Source of the DNA: Octopus vulgaris
Taxonomy: Eukaryota
Reading direction: 5' to 3'
NCBI GenBank assembly: GCA_951406725.2
Contig: CATOCA020000001.1
Coordinates: 7,874,001 to 7,938,000, forward strand
Length of the DNA: 64,000 nt
A model generated the notes under the pieces. The model saw only the letters and a program-made list of their open reading frames with translations, was not told where the DNA came from and searched no databases. The position numbers were made by a program, and so were the translations under genes. This document shows, piece by piece, positions 13,894 to 27,188 of this stretch (its first letter is position 1; each line of letters starts with the position of its first letter).

Positions 13894-16502
13894 CTGAAAT
13901 AAACATTTCCAAGTTTTATACTTCATAGTAAAATTTCTTTATCTTTATGAATAATTCTGTATTTTATTATTGTGAGACATTCATGTAATCAATGGTCAAC
14001 TGGTGAGTAATATGGCTTTGGTCAGCATTTTTACACTCTCTACCATGGGACCGTGTAATATACCCAATATATAGGTCTACTACTAAATAGACTGACCTTC
14101 CTCAATCTCCTCTCACTATTAAGACATCCTACATAATCTAACAACATTGCACTTATCTCATTTAATAATCCCTTGTTAACACTGCTAATCTCTTTCTTAT
14201 ATTTAATCTAATCTATGACATGATTGTCCTCTCATCTCTAGACTTCACTAATCAACATTCTTCTCGTTTTCTACTTAATTCCATGACAACCAAATTGGTC
14301 CTCAAAAATCGGACCACAAAACCATGACACATTGTTTCAGGTAGGATAAACATAACCACGCTCTCTTTTTTAAAGGTCACTGTTGGCAACCTTTAATTTT
14401 AACTGACCACATCACACTTCATCAGAATATAATCTGATTAAGGAAATGTCAATCAACCTCCTTAATAAGCGACTTTTTTTCAGGTGAACAATGATTAGTT
14501 CTACAACGGTGGAGAGGTAAGCGATAACAGGTATCCTGAAACACTGTACTTTTGTACAAAACATCCTTAACTACAAAATAACTGTTCATGTACAACACAT
14601 TATTACAAAGGGGTTATATCCAAATTGAGAACTAACAATTTATTCTGGAAGAATATATAAATCGAACTGGAAACATGAAATTTTGCTTTTTTTTAGTAGT
14701 TTTGAATTATCAGTTGTTTTCTGTCCATCTTCAGCTTTGCCATGGTCTCACTACCCCAGTATGTATCAGTCAACAAGATAGCGTACCACCATCTTTAACT
14801 TTTGGTTTGTCTTTAACTTTTGGCATGAGTTCTCCTGCCGTTCGTAACTTCCTTGCTCCAGCTGACCATTCACAAATTATAGACTGCATTACTTATTTGC
14901 TTGAAAGTACTTACTCTATCGAGTCTACTAACCAGAACTATTTGCATATCCTTTTAGTCTCTTGTTAGTATTGTTATGTCAGCCATGAATATCTTTCCGT
15001 TGAGCAATTTCTTCTGGACATTCTGTTAATCTAAGTAGCATAACTATAAAGATCACCAACCAACTGATATTGTGCAACCTACAGCTATTCCAGATCCAGA
15101 ACCTGGCAGTCTTTTGTGAACTTTTATCCTATGAAACACATTTTGAAACTGTTATAGCATCTCATCATCAGATCCTCAATCTCCTCCCATTTATGAAAGA
15201 AATTCCTTGTTTCCATCAACAATGTGTGTGGTACAGAACCAATAAGCATTAGCCAGATGAAGCCATACTATATCCGAATCTCTTTTATTCTTCTTTGCTT
15301 TTTATATGGCATCCCAGATTTAAAATGCATGTTCTACACACACAGACATTCTCCGAATTCTAGTCTTCTGGACATTTTCAGTCGTATAACCATTATTTTG
15401 CTGACATGTAGCTGATTTCATGGCAAGTACACCCATGTAAATCTTGCCATTCAAGATTGAAATTGGCTTCAATTGGTCACTTAGTTCTGCATTAACTTAC
15501 TTTGATGAATAAAATCCTTTTGTCTTGCACCATTCATCAATCAGTCCACCTTTATCCCACAACTCTCTAAATAGTAATTAATGCTTATAACACCTGGGCA
15601 CAACATCTGTACACGTTCTATGGTACACAATCACCTCCCGTTGCAATCTCCGTTCTTGCCTTCTTCACTAAGCTTTATACTTGTTTCTTGCTGAAATCGC
15701 AAAGCTGAAATATTTGATTACTGGTTTCATTGGACATTTCAATCCAAACATGAGCAGGTAAAGTTGACTTCGCTTGGGATCATTGTATATCTGCCGTATA
15801 TTCTTGTTCACTTCATCTTTAGTGCATTATAATCTCCCCCACTTAACATCGGCAAAAATATCCTAGTACCATCAGAAGGGTTCTTAAGGAGCTTTTATCT
15901 AAGGTGTTCACTATCCGTTCTCCTTTCAACCCGTCCGATGTCTCTTTGAATGTATTTGATTGTATTGTATCATACAGCCTCTATGAAGTTTGAAGAAAGG
16001 GAAAGAGACAACGGTTTTCTGAGCAGCAAACCAACGTCTTCCACTGGAATAAAGACAATGTTTACTGGATGCAATGATAGATTTATTATCAGTGAAAAAT
16101 ATGAGGGTGGTCATATTTGGAACGCATTTCATTGTAAGTCTGCCAGATTATGAGAGACATCAGCTAAAATAACAACAATAACTTGTCAGTAAACATTTTA
16201 AAAATATAAAACAAACAAAACCTTTGTCATTACCTCACCTGTTAAACCACAACATATATTATTTGGCTGCTCCAAAAGAGAACCTGAAATCTATTTCGCT
16301 TCTCATTTATCCATTTCACCAACCGTGCTAACCTGATTGGATACTTTATGAAATGTCAATAGTATCGATATGTTAAATAGTTTACTGCTAAAACTTCCCA
16401 TTGAAAGGTAAGAATTGAAGCTGATCTTTATCATTCTGATATCAAAATAAGCAGAGGATATACTTTACAGAAATCAATCTAGTGCTGTTATTTTATACTC
16501 AA

Positions 16503-16553
16503 CAACAGGTTCTGCCAGTGTCTGTGTTTCTTTGTCTTCAAATGTTCGATTCT
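16503..16553 (-). pseudogene. 51-nt microexon ENRTFEDKETQTLAEPV, donor mutated (TTGAGT)
   Basis: Acceptor and frame are intact and it carries a canonical KxTQT motif, but TT replaces the donor GT. Confidence 0.7.
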
Positions 16554-16609
16554 CTGAAATAAATATTTCCAAGTTTCAAACGTTATAGTAAAATTTCCTC
16601 ACATGTACT

Positions 16610-17464
16610 TTTATCCCCAGGACATGGAGAAATATGCCACTCTGCTGCAAGTCCATGATCATTCTGATGATTAAAGAGATTTGTTTGATGTCCCTAGTTC
16701 TTGTATTGGTCGGCTGCTCCGTCACTGAAGTACAGGAGATGGTTTATGAATGGAAGTTCTGTCTTTATATGCGATATCACCCTCGTAATAAAAGCATGCA
16801 CTGTGCTGTAGTCATGTTTCAAACAATCAGATATGACACAGATTGAAGTGCATTGTGGGTTTGAACCAGTCTTATAACAAATCGCGAATGGTGAATATTT
16901 GCCTGGGATTTGTTTCGATGAAACCCTTGCAGGGCGTCCTGTACTACAAAGCTATAATTTTTTTCTGTAAAGTCCAACAATACTATTGCTTCACTTGATG
17001 TCAGGTCATCTTTTTGATGATTAAGGAAACAAGATTGGGCCTCTGCTATGAAATGATGTTGTTGTAGAGATTCAAACACACTTTCAGCGGTTTGAATGAA
17101 GGCATTCACTGGGGAAGTGAGTCATAAAGGAGGAGCTGACCAGTCCACATGTGCCAACTGTTTGTGCGTTACTAAACCTCCAAGTGATTAAAATACGTCT
17201 AATAAACGTTGTTCAAAAGGACAGGACTCACATAGGAGCAACATACAATCTCGATTGCTCACGGAAGAGACCATTTTGCCAAGCAAGTCTCTGTAGTCGT
17301 GACTACCAGGAATGGCAGCGGCGATACGTTTTGCATGTTGGTGATTCTCACAGACACATACTGAATGCATGCCTGAGGTGTACTGCGCATACACACCAAA
17401 AGTGTGCGGGTGAATTCACTAGGGGTTTTCTCAATCTAAGCGTATCTCCCAAGATCCCGGTGTC
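16610..17464 (-). mobile_element. Degenerate DNA transposase, probably Sola-like
   Basis: CVC..H, DCM...C..CP, HHFIA..Q, LLDF.ENYSFVVQDA.QGFH, SDCLKHD and FSDGAA.QYKN motifs. Superfamily assignment is from memory of these motifs only. Confidence 0.65.
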
Positions 17465-18470
17465 CTGTTATTGCCATTGTGAGGCCAATGTTTGAAGGTC
17501 ATACTTCATCACCTCATCCCATGTCTTCCTGGGTCTACCTCTTCTACAGGTTCCTTCTACAGTGAGGGAGTGGCACTTCATCACACAGCTGTTTTCATTC
17601 ATACGTAACACATGACCATACCAGCACAGTAGCCTCACTTGCACACCACATTTGATGCTTCTTATGCCCAACTTTGTCGTGATTGCATACTGACGTTACA
17701 CATCCAGCGAATCATACTAACTTCATCTCTTTCAAGCCTACGCATGTCCTGAGCATCCATGGCCCATGTTTCCCTGCCCTGTAACATGGCTGTTCGCACA
17801 CATGCATCATGCAGTCTACCTTTCACCCTGAGTGATAGACCTTTAGTTGCCAGCAGAGGTAGGAGCTCCCTGAACTTTGCCCAGGCTATTCTTACTCTAG
17901 TCTCTACACACGCAGAGCAATCACACTCACTACAGACTTGATCCCCTAGGTAACAGAAGCTATTAACTACTTCTAGTTTCTTCCCCTGGCATGTGATGGA
18001 ATCTGTTTTCTGTACACCTTCAGTGTTTATTGCCCCAGAGCATTTGCCACACACAAAAACTATTTTCCCGGTTAACTTTCTTTGATATTGCGGCATCTTT
18101 TATGTGTCCATAGCTTCCCCGGTTACATCGTGTGGAGTTTCTACCCTCTCCATTTCTACAGATAGAGCAGGGCCATCTACCTGAAATGGGTTGTGATTTG
18201 ACAGCCTTCCTACTAACAAGGACTTTGGTTTTGACTAGGGTTTTGACTAAGGCCCTTCAATTCTAGACTTTGCTCCCACACCCTTAACTTTGTCTCTAGT
18301 TCTGGCAGTGACTTGTCTGTAAGAGCAAGGTCATCAGCATAAAGAGGCTCCCAGGGGCAGAGTGCCTTGAATTCCTCTTTTATTGTCTGGAGGACTATAA
18401 TGAATAGGAAAGGGCTGAGGACGGATCCTGGGTGAACCCTGATGTGTATTTGTAATATGGAATGTTTCAC
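17465..18470 (-). mobile_element. RTE-clade LINE reverse transcriptase fragment
   Basis: VHPGSVLSPFLF, LYADDLAL, RVRIAWAKFRELLPLL, SMIRWMCNV and WYGHVLRM...GRPRKTW motifs in broken frames. Confidence 0.9.
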
Positions 18471-19130
18471 AGAGTATAGAGGATGTATGAAAACTGTTAA
18501 GAAATGAAGTGAGCATACTTCAGAAGAAGTGTAATATTAATGTGCTGAAGTCCCGGAGCAGAGATGAGCTGGAAGCAAAACTGGGGTTTAGAAGATTCAG
18601 AGATAGCACACAAGAGACGAGATGGTACAGATATGGGAGGAGTATGGAAGATAAAAAGTTAGATAAAGAAGTGTCAGGAGATCCAAGTAGAAGGGAACAA
18701 GACGTTAAACCTGTGGGAGTAGTCAAATTTGAATGCAACAATCAAGTCAGAACTAAAACCAGAGGTGAAACACTCAGAAAACTGTGCCTCTTTTAGCATT
18801 AATATCATCTAAAATGTAACAAGAGTGAGAAAAAGAATGACTATATGGATGGTAAATGTTGTTCAAACAATGTAATAAGTGTATATTATATATAGTTACA
18901 AACAAGGATTTGTGAGATCAAGTCACACAGGGAACTCATATTTTATTCCTATCTTTATATTTTATGTCAACACCAATGTTTTGTTTAAATTCAAACAGAT
19001 GTTCACCGTTCAATACCAAATTTAATATTTAATCAACATTAATGATCATTATACTTATACTCTTAGAGATTTGATTTTTAATCCTTTTAATTTATAACAA
19101 TGTTATCCTGTGGTTTGTTGCAAGTTCTAC

Positions 19131-19391
19131 CTGGCTGGTTCCCTGTGCCGGGGGAAAGTAAAAAGCACCATCCGAACGGTGTCAATGCCAGCCCCAACCT
19201 CAACTGGCTCCTGTGTCGGTGGCACGTAAAGAGCACCCACCACACTCTCGGAGTGGTTGGCATTAGGAATGGCATACATATGTGGAAACCTTGCCAGATC
19301 ACATTGGAGCCTGGCGTAGCCTACTGCCTCTCCAGTGAAATCGTCCGACCCATGCTACTATAAAAACGGACGTTAAACGATGATGATGATG

Positions 19392-19440
<49 letters not shown>
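19131..19440 (+). mobile_element. SINE-like element with (GAT)n tail; co-duplicated at about 21176-21463, 23755-24147 and 26255-26603
   Basis: GGCACGTAAA..CACCCACCACACTCTCGGAGTGGTTGG...CGGACGTTAAACGATGATGAT, a repeat I recognise as typical of octopus genomes. Confidence 0.75.
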
Positions 19441-19691
19441 GTTCCATGACCAAATGACAATATTAACTCTATTGTGTCTTCTAATTTGAACATTATTACC
19501 AACAGCATTAACCTCAATGGGTATTTCATAAATTCTCAGTAAATCGATATCTTTAATTCAATTATTATACAGATAATCGTTCAATTGGAAAATAGGAATG
19601 GAAGCTGTTTTCAGTTATTCTTTCGAGCACAATATACTCGGGGAAAGAAAACCTTACAGAAATCAATTGGGAACTATTATTTTATACTCAC

Positions 19692-19769
19692 CAATTGCCT
19701 GAGATGCAGCCCCTAATTCCTGACATATAGCCTCTGTTTGTACACACCTGTCCTCAAACTTTGGAGCCT
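19692..19769 (-). CDS. 78-nt phase-1 microexon EAPKFEDRCVQTEAICQELGAASQAI
   Basis: TTTCAG acceptor, GTGAGT donor, open frame. Confidence 0.8.
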
Positions 19770-20691
19770 CTGAAATAAATATTTCCAAGTTTTACATTTA
19801 ATAATAAACTTTCTTTATCTTTATTTTTATTAAACTCTATCTTGTTATTGTGAGACATTCAATTCCTGTCGTTACTGGTCAACTGTTGACCATTATGGTT
19901 TTGGTCAATATTTCTGTACTTTCTAAAGTGGTCCCATGTAATAGCCCAATATGTCCACAATAAAACAGACTAACATCTCTAAATCCACCCTCACTTCTGT
20001 CTCTCTCTCTCTCTCCTCTCTCTTTAAAAACACATTAAATATTCTAACAATGTTGCAATTATCTCATTTAATTAACACTTGATAAGAGTTTTCTCTTAGC
20101 TTTGTCTTTCTTTTCTTATAACTGCCAAATCTATGGCATGGCACAGTCCTCTCATCTCTAGAATTCACTAATCAACATTCCTCTCTAATTAAGTAAAACT
20201 GAGCCCATAAAGACATGTCCTTTATATGCATACCCTCCAACCCGCACACAATCTGTCCCCTAAAAAACATCTGCACAAGCCAAATTCCATACACCCTTCC
20301 CCACCATGATCCCTAACAAGATATAAAATGTAAGGTGAGGGTACACGATGTTCCTATGACAAAATAAATTTACATTTCAGACATACAAATGTAAGAGAGT
20401 TAATGAATTATAGCTTATTAATTATCATGATAATTGGGTATATATGTGATACAATGGCACTGTGCTTGACGGTGCAATACTAGATATCAATATAGATTGT
20501 ATATAATCTGAGTAAAGAACATATAACCGTCATTACTATGAATATGATTGTGTCTCAGCACAGCTAATATTATGGTAGTTCCATGAGCAAACGAAGAAAG
20601 ATATAACCAAGTCCACTGCCAAATACTAATGATTAATTCATTTCCTGGTCAAATAACAATGACTATCTTTCATTAAATAATTTGAACGCAA

Positions 20692-20990
20692 CGATGTCAG
20701 TGTGCACACAAGGCAGAGTGAAGAGGCCTGAGAGAAGTGTTAGACATAAGAAGCATCAGATGTGGTGTACAGGAGAGACAACAGCACTGGTATGGTCATG
20801 TGTATGGATGAGGAGAGCTGTGGGAAGAAGTGTTACACCCTAACAGTGGAAGGAACCCGTGGAAAGGAGTGGCCCAGGAAGACAGGGGATGACGTAGTGA
20901 AACGACCTTCGAACGTTGGGCCTCACAGAGGTAATGGCAAGAGACAGAGACCTGTAGAAATATGATGTAATTAAGAGGACTCGGCAAGTG
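20692..20990 (+). mobile_element. RTE LINE 3' fragment (duplicated at about 23272-23570)
   Basis: WYGHV.MDEESC.KKC.TLTVEGTRGK..PRKT motif. Confidence 0.75.
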
Positions 20991-21715
20991 AAGTGAGATC
21001 AGAGCTGTAGCATATACCAGTGGCGCATAACCAGCCCTTTTTAAAAGTACCCTTGAATCACAGAGTGATAAGTTGCGCTTGAGAAGAATTTCCGAGTCAA
21101 GTAAAACCAAAAACCAGAAATCACAAATCAAAATCAAATCAAGATCGAAATCAAAATGCAAATTGTAATCATGGCTGATGCCAGAGCCGCCTGGCTTCCA
21201 CCCGTGCCGGTGGCACGTAATAAGTACCATTCAAACATTGTTTGTTGCCAGTGCCGCCTGACTGGTTCCCTGTGTCGGTGGCACGTAAAAAGCACCCACC
21301 ATACTCTCGGAGTGGTTGGCGTTAGGAATGGCAAACATATGTGGAAACCTTGCCAGATCACTTTCGAGACTGGCGCAGCCTACTGCCTTGCCAGTGAAAT
21401 CATCCAATCCATGCCACCATAAAAAAACGGACGTTAAACGATTGTGATGTTGATGATGATGATTAGTTCCATGACCAAATGACAAAATTTACTCTATTGT
21501 GTCTTCTAATTTGAACATTATTACCAACAGCATTAACCTCAATGGGTATTTCATAAACTCACAGTAAATCGATATCTTTAATTCAATTATTATACAGATA
21601 ATTGTTCAATTGGAAAATAGGAATGGAAGCTGTTTTCAGTTATTCTTTCAAGCACAATATACTCGGGGAAGAAAACCTTACAGAAATCAATTGGGAACTA
21701 TTATTTTATACTCAC

Positions 21716-21793
21716 CAATTGCCTGAGATGTAGCCCCTAATTCCTGACATGTAGCCTCTGTTTGTACACACCTGTCCTCACACTTTGGAGCAC
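21716..21793 (-). CDS. 78-nt phase-1 microexon GAPKCEDRCVQTEATCQELGATSQAI
   Basis: TTTCAG acceptor, GTGAGT donor, open frame. Confidence 0.8.
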
Positions 21794-22454
21794 CTGAAAT
21801 AAATATTTCCAAGTTTTACATTTAAAAATAAAATGTCTGTATCTTTATTTTTTTAAACTCTATTTTGTTATTGTGAGACATTCAATTCCTGTTGTTACTG
21901 GTCAACTGTTGACCATTATGGTTTTGGTCAATATTTCTGTACTTTCTACAGTGGTCCCATGTAATAGCCCAATATGTCCACAATAAAACAGGCTAACATT
22001 CCTAAATCCACCCTCTCTCTCTCTCTCTCTCTCTAAAAACACATTAAATATTCTAACAATGTTGCAATTATCTCATTTAATTAACACTTGATGACAGTTT
22101 TCTCTTAGCATTGTCTTTCTTTTCTTATAACTGTGCCAAATTTATGGCATGGCACAGTCCTCTCATATCTAGAATTCACTAATCAACATTCCTCTCTAAT
22201 TAAGTAAAACTGCACCCATAAAGACATGTCCTTTATATGCATACCCTCCAACCCGCACACAATCTGTCCCCTAAAAACATCTCCACAAGCCAAATTCCAT
22301 ACACCCTTTCCCAACATGATCCCTAACAAGATATAAAATGTAAGGTGAGGGTACACGATGTTCCTATGACAAAATAAGTTTACATTTCAGACATACAAAT
22401 GTAAGAGAGTTAATGAATTATAGCTAAATATTTATCTTGATAATTGGGTATATA

Positions 22455-23021
22455 CACTACCGTCAGAAATTAATTAGCACCCTTGATTTGCTCACCATGA
22501 AGCATGGTGGGGGTGGTCTGATGGTGTGAGGAGCGTTCAGCTACAGTTGTGTTGGGTGGCTCTATGCCGTCGAAGGCAACATCAACGCAGCAAAGTACGT
22601 TGAGATAGTACGGGATACCTCTTTGGTGGCGAGGAGTACGTGCTGGCCAGTCACCTGACCTGAACCCTATTGAGAACCTCTGGAGTCGATTGGGTAGGGA
22701 TTTGAATGTGCAGCAATACAGGAACCGACACGAACTGTTTGGGGCACTTCTTGCTGCATGAGGGGCCATCCCTGCACAGTACCTGCAGGCACTCATAGAG
22801 AGCATGCCGACCCGCGTAGCAGCTGTCATTGCTGCCAAAGGAGGAGCAACAAGATATTGACTAAATTTCACGATTAATATCAATTATGTGGTGTGCTGGG
22901 ATATGTTTTAATAAATTTTTGATTAAAAACGAGTTCGTTTCTGATAATAAGTTAATTAAATTAAGAAAATGTAAGAAAATGTAGAAATTTGAGAAGTGCT
23001 AATTAATTTCCGACGCAAGTG
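22455..23021 (+). mobile_element. Internally deleted Tc1/mariner element (567 bp) with about 26-bp TIRs and a TA target duplication
   Basis: TIRs CACTACCGTCAGAAATTAATTAGCAC and GTGCTAATTAATTTCCGACGCAAGTG. Transposase remnants KHGGGGLMV, SPDLNPIENLW and MPTRVAAVIAAKGGATRY. Empty sites are present in the three sister units. Confidence 0.93.
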
Positions 23022-24107
23022 TATGTGATAGAATGGCACTGTGCTTGACGGTGCAATACTAGATATCAATATAGATTGTATATAATCTGAGTAAAGAACA
23101 TATAGCCTTCATTACTATGAATATGATTGTGTCTCAGCACAGCTAATATTATGGTAGTTCCATGAGCAAACGAAGAAAGATATAACCAAGTCCACTGCCA
23201 AATACTAATGATTAATTCATTTCCTGGTCAAATAACAATGACTATCATTCATTAAATAATTTGAACGCAACGATGTCAGTGTGCACACAATGCAGAGTGA
23301 AGAGGCCTGAGAGAAGTGTTAGACATAAGAAGCATCAGATGTGGTGTACAAGAGAGACAACTGCACTGGTATGGTCATGTGTATGGATGAGGAGAGCTGT
23401 GGGAAGAAGTGTTACACCCTAACAGTGGAAAGAACCCGTGCAAAGGGGTGACCCAGGAAGACAGGGGATGATGTGGTGAAACGACCTTCGAACGTTGGGC
23501 CTCACAGAGGTAATGGCAAGAGACAGAGACCTCTGGAAATATGATGTGATTAAGAGGACTCGGCAAGTGAAGTCAGATCACAGCTATAGCCTATACCAGT
23601 GGTGCATAACCAGCCCTTTTTAAAAGTACCCTTGAATCACAGAGTGATAAGTTGCGCTTGAGAAGAATTTCCGAGTCAAGTAAAACCAAAAACCAGAAAT
23701 CACAAATCAAAATCAAATTAAGATCGAAATCAAAATGGAAATTGTAGTTGTGACCGATGCCAGTGCCGCCTGGCTGGCACCCGTGCCGGTGGCACGTAAT
23801 AAGTACCATTCAAACATTGTTTGTTGCCAGTGCCGCCTGACTAGTTCCCTGTGCCGTTGGCACATAAAAAGTGCCTTCCGAACGTGGACAATGCCAGCCC
23901 CAACTTCAACTGGCTCCTGTGTCGGTGGCACGTAAAAGGCACCCACCACACTCTCGAAGTGGTTGTCGTTAGGAATGGCATACATATGTGGAAACTTTGC
24001 CAGATCACATTGGAGCCTGACGCAGCCAACTGCCTTGCCAGTGAAATCGTCCGACCCATGCCACTATAAGAAACGGACGTTAAATGATGATGATGATGAT
24101 GATGATT

Positions 24108-24147
<40 letters not shown>

Positions 24148-24398
24148 GTTCTGTGACCAAATGACAAAATTAACTCTATTGTGTCTTCTAATTTGAACAT
24201 TATTACCAACAGCATTAACCTCAATGAGTATTTCATAAACTCTCAGTAAATCGATATCTTTAATACAATTATTATACAGATAATCGTTCAATTGGAAAAT
24301 AGGAATGGAAGCTGTTTTCAGTTATTCTTTCAAGCACAATATACTCGGGGGAAGAAAACCTTACAGAAATCAATTGGGAACTATTATTTTATACTCAC

Positions 24399-24476
24399 CA
24401 ATTGCCTGAGATGCAGCCCCTAATTCCTGACATATAGCCTCTGTTTGTACACACCTGTCTTCAAACTTTGGAGCCT
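24399..24476 (-). CDS. 78-nt phase-1 microexon EAPKFEDRCVQTEAICQELGAASQAI
   Basis: TTTCAG acceptor, GTGAGT donor, open frame. Confidence 0.8.
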
Positions 24477-26049
24477 CTGAAATAAATATTTCCAAGTTTT
24501 ACATTTAATAATAAAATTTCTTTATCTTTGTTTTTATTAAACTCTATCTTTTTATTGTGAGACATTCAATTCCTGTCGTTACTGGCCAAATGTTGACCAT
24601 TATGGTTTTGGTCAATATTTCTGTACTTTCTACAGTGGTCCCATGTAATAGCCCAATATGTCCACAATAAAACAGACTAACATTCCTAAATCCACCCTAT
24701 CCCTCTCTCTATCTCTCTCTCTCTAAAAACACATTAAATATTCTAACAATGTTGCAATTATCTCATTTAATTAACACTTGATGACAGTTTTCTCTTAGCT
24801 TTGTCTTTCTTTTCTTATAACTGTGCCAAACCTATGGCATGGCACAGTCCTCTCATCTCTAGAATTCACTAATCAACATTCCTCTCTAATTAAGTAAAAC
24901 TGAGCCCATAAAGACATGTCCTTTATGTGCATACCCTCCACCCCGCACACAATCTGTCCCCAAATTCCATACACCCTTCCCCACCATGATCCCTAACAAG
25001 ATATAAAATGTAAGGTGAGGGTACACGATGTCCCTATGTCTAAATAAGTTTACATTTCATACATACAAATGTAAGAGAGTTAATGAATTATAGCTTATTA
25101 ATTATCATGATAATTGGGTATATATGTGATACAATGGCACTGTGCTTGACGGTGCAATACTAGATCTCAATATAGATTGTATATAATCTGAGTAAAGAAC
25201 ATATAGCCTTCATTACAATGAATATGATTGTGTCTCAGCACAGCTAATATTATGGTAGTTCCACGAGCAAACGAAGGAAGATATAACCAAGTCCACTGCC
25301 AAATACTAATGATTAATTCATTTCCTGGTCAAATAACAATGACTATCTTTCATTAAATAATTTGAACGCAACAATCAAGACCAAAGGGTGAAACACTCAG
25401 AAAACTGTGCCTCTTTTAGCATTAATATCATCTAAAATCTAACATTTGTGAGAAAAAGAATGACTATATGGATGGTAAATGTTGTTCAAACAATGTAATA
25501 AGTGTATATTATATATAGTTACAAACAAGGATTTGTGAGATCAAGTCACACAGGGAACTCATATTTAATTGCTATCTTTATAATTTATGTCAACACCAAT
25601 GTTTTGTTTAAATGCAAACAGATGTTCACCGTTCAATACTAAATTTAATATTTAATCAACGTTAATGATCATTATACTTACAATCTTAGAGATTTGATTT
25701 TTAATTTCTTTAATTTATAACAAAGTTATTCTGACCTGAGACATTCAGGGTACGTACCTAAACAACATATCCTGACAGACATCTGGCTACATAACAATAA
25801 CAACAACAATAACCTATGAGAAAACTTTGGAAAGACCTTAGTAGCAAAAGAAACAAAAACTTTCTCGTTACCTCACCTGTTTACAAATAAACAACAAAAT
25901 GTTTTAGTTCTCTGTCCTAAAAGACATCATTAACTCTATAATGTCTTCTTATTTAACCATTTTACCAACCACGTTAACCTTGATTTTATGAAATTTCAGT
26001 GGAATATTTAATAGAATCCTTTTTACAGCTAATGCGGAAACTAGGGATT

Positions 26050-26200
26050 GACGAGCGATTATAAGAGTTGAAGAGGCCCTGTAGTAAGGTGAGGATTGGC
26101 AATGAGTATAGTGAAGAATTCCGGATAGAAGTAGGAGTTCACTAGGGATCATTCCTAAACCCCTCGTTTTCATCATAGTCCACCATGCAATAACAGAAAT
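26050..26200 (+). mobile_element. Short RTE RT fragment
   Basis: VRIGNEYSEEFRIEVGVH*GS...FIIV remnant. Confidence 0.6.
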
Positions 26201-26854
26201 GACAAATCAAAAGCAATTCAAGATCGAAATCAAAATGGAAATTGTAGTTGTGACCGATGCCAGTGCCGCCTGACTGGCACCTGTTCCTGTGGCACGTTAT
26301 AAGTACCATAGAAGCATAGGTCCTTGTCACTGCCGCCTGACTAGTTCCCTGTGCCGGTGGCACGTAAAAAGCACCATCCGAACGTGGTCGATGCCAGCCC
26401 CCACACCGGCTGGCTCCTGTGTCGGTGGCACGTAAAAGGCACCCACCACACTCTCGAAGTGGTTGGCATTAGGAATGGCATACATATGTGGAAACCTTGC
26501 CAGATCACATTGGAGCCTGGCGCAGCCTACTGCCTTGCCAGTGAAATCGTCCGACCCATGCCACATAAGAAACGGATGTTGATGATGATGATGATGATGA
26601 TGAGTTCTGTGACCAAATGACAAAATTAACTCTATTGTGTCTTCTAATTTGAACATTATTACCAACAGCATTAACCTCAATGGGTATTTCATAAACTCTC
26701 AGTAAATCGATATCTTTAATTCAATTATTATACAGATAATCGTTCAATTGGAAAATAGGAATGGAAGCTGTTTTCAGTTATTCTTTCGAGCACAATATAC
26801 TCGGGGGAAGAAAACCTTACAGAAATCAATTGGGAACTATTATTTTATACTCAC

Positions 26855-26932
26855 CAATTGCCTGAGATGCAGCCCCTAATTCCTGACATGTAGCCTCTGT
26901 TTGTACACACCTGTCCTCAAACTTTGGAGCCT
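26855..26932 (-). CDS. 78-nt phase-1 microexon EAPKFEDRCVQTEATCQELGAASQAI
   Basis: TTTCAG acceptor, GTGAGT donor, length divisible by 3, open frame. Confidence 0.8.
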
Positions 26933-27150
26933 CTGAAATAAATATTTCCAAGTTTTACATTTAATAATAAATTTCTTTATCTTTATTTTTATTAAACTCT
27001 ATCTTTTTATTGTGAGACATTCAATTCCTGTCGTTACTGGTCAAATGTTGACCATTATGGTTTTGGTCAATATTTCTGTACTTTCTACAGTGGTCCCATG
27101 TAATAGCCCAATATGTCCACAATAAAACAGACTAACATTCTAAATCCACC

Positions 27151-27188
<38 letters not shown>

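Noticed and set aside
19299-26692. Repeated MKYPLRLMLLVIMFKLEDTIELILSF-polyH ORFs as a secreted peptide family
   Set aside because: They are chimeras of the decayed exon and the SINE (GAT)n tail within duplicated units.
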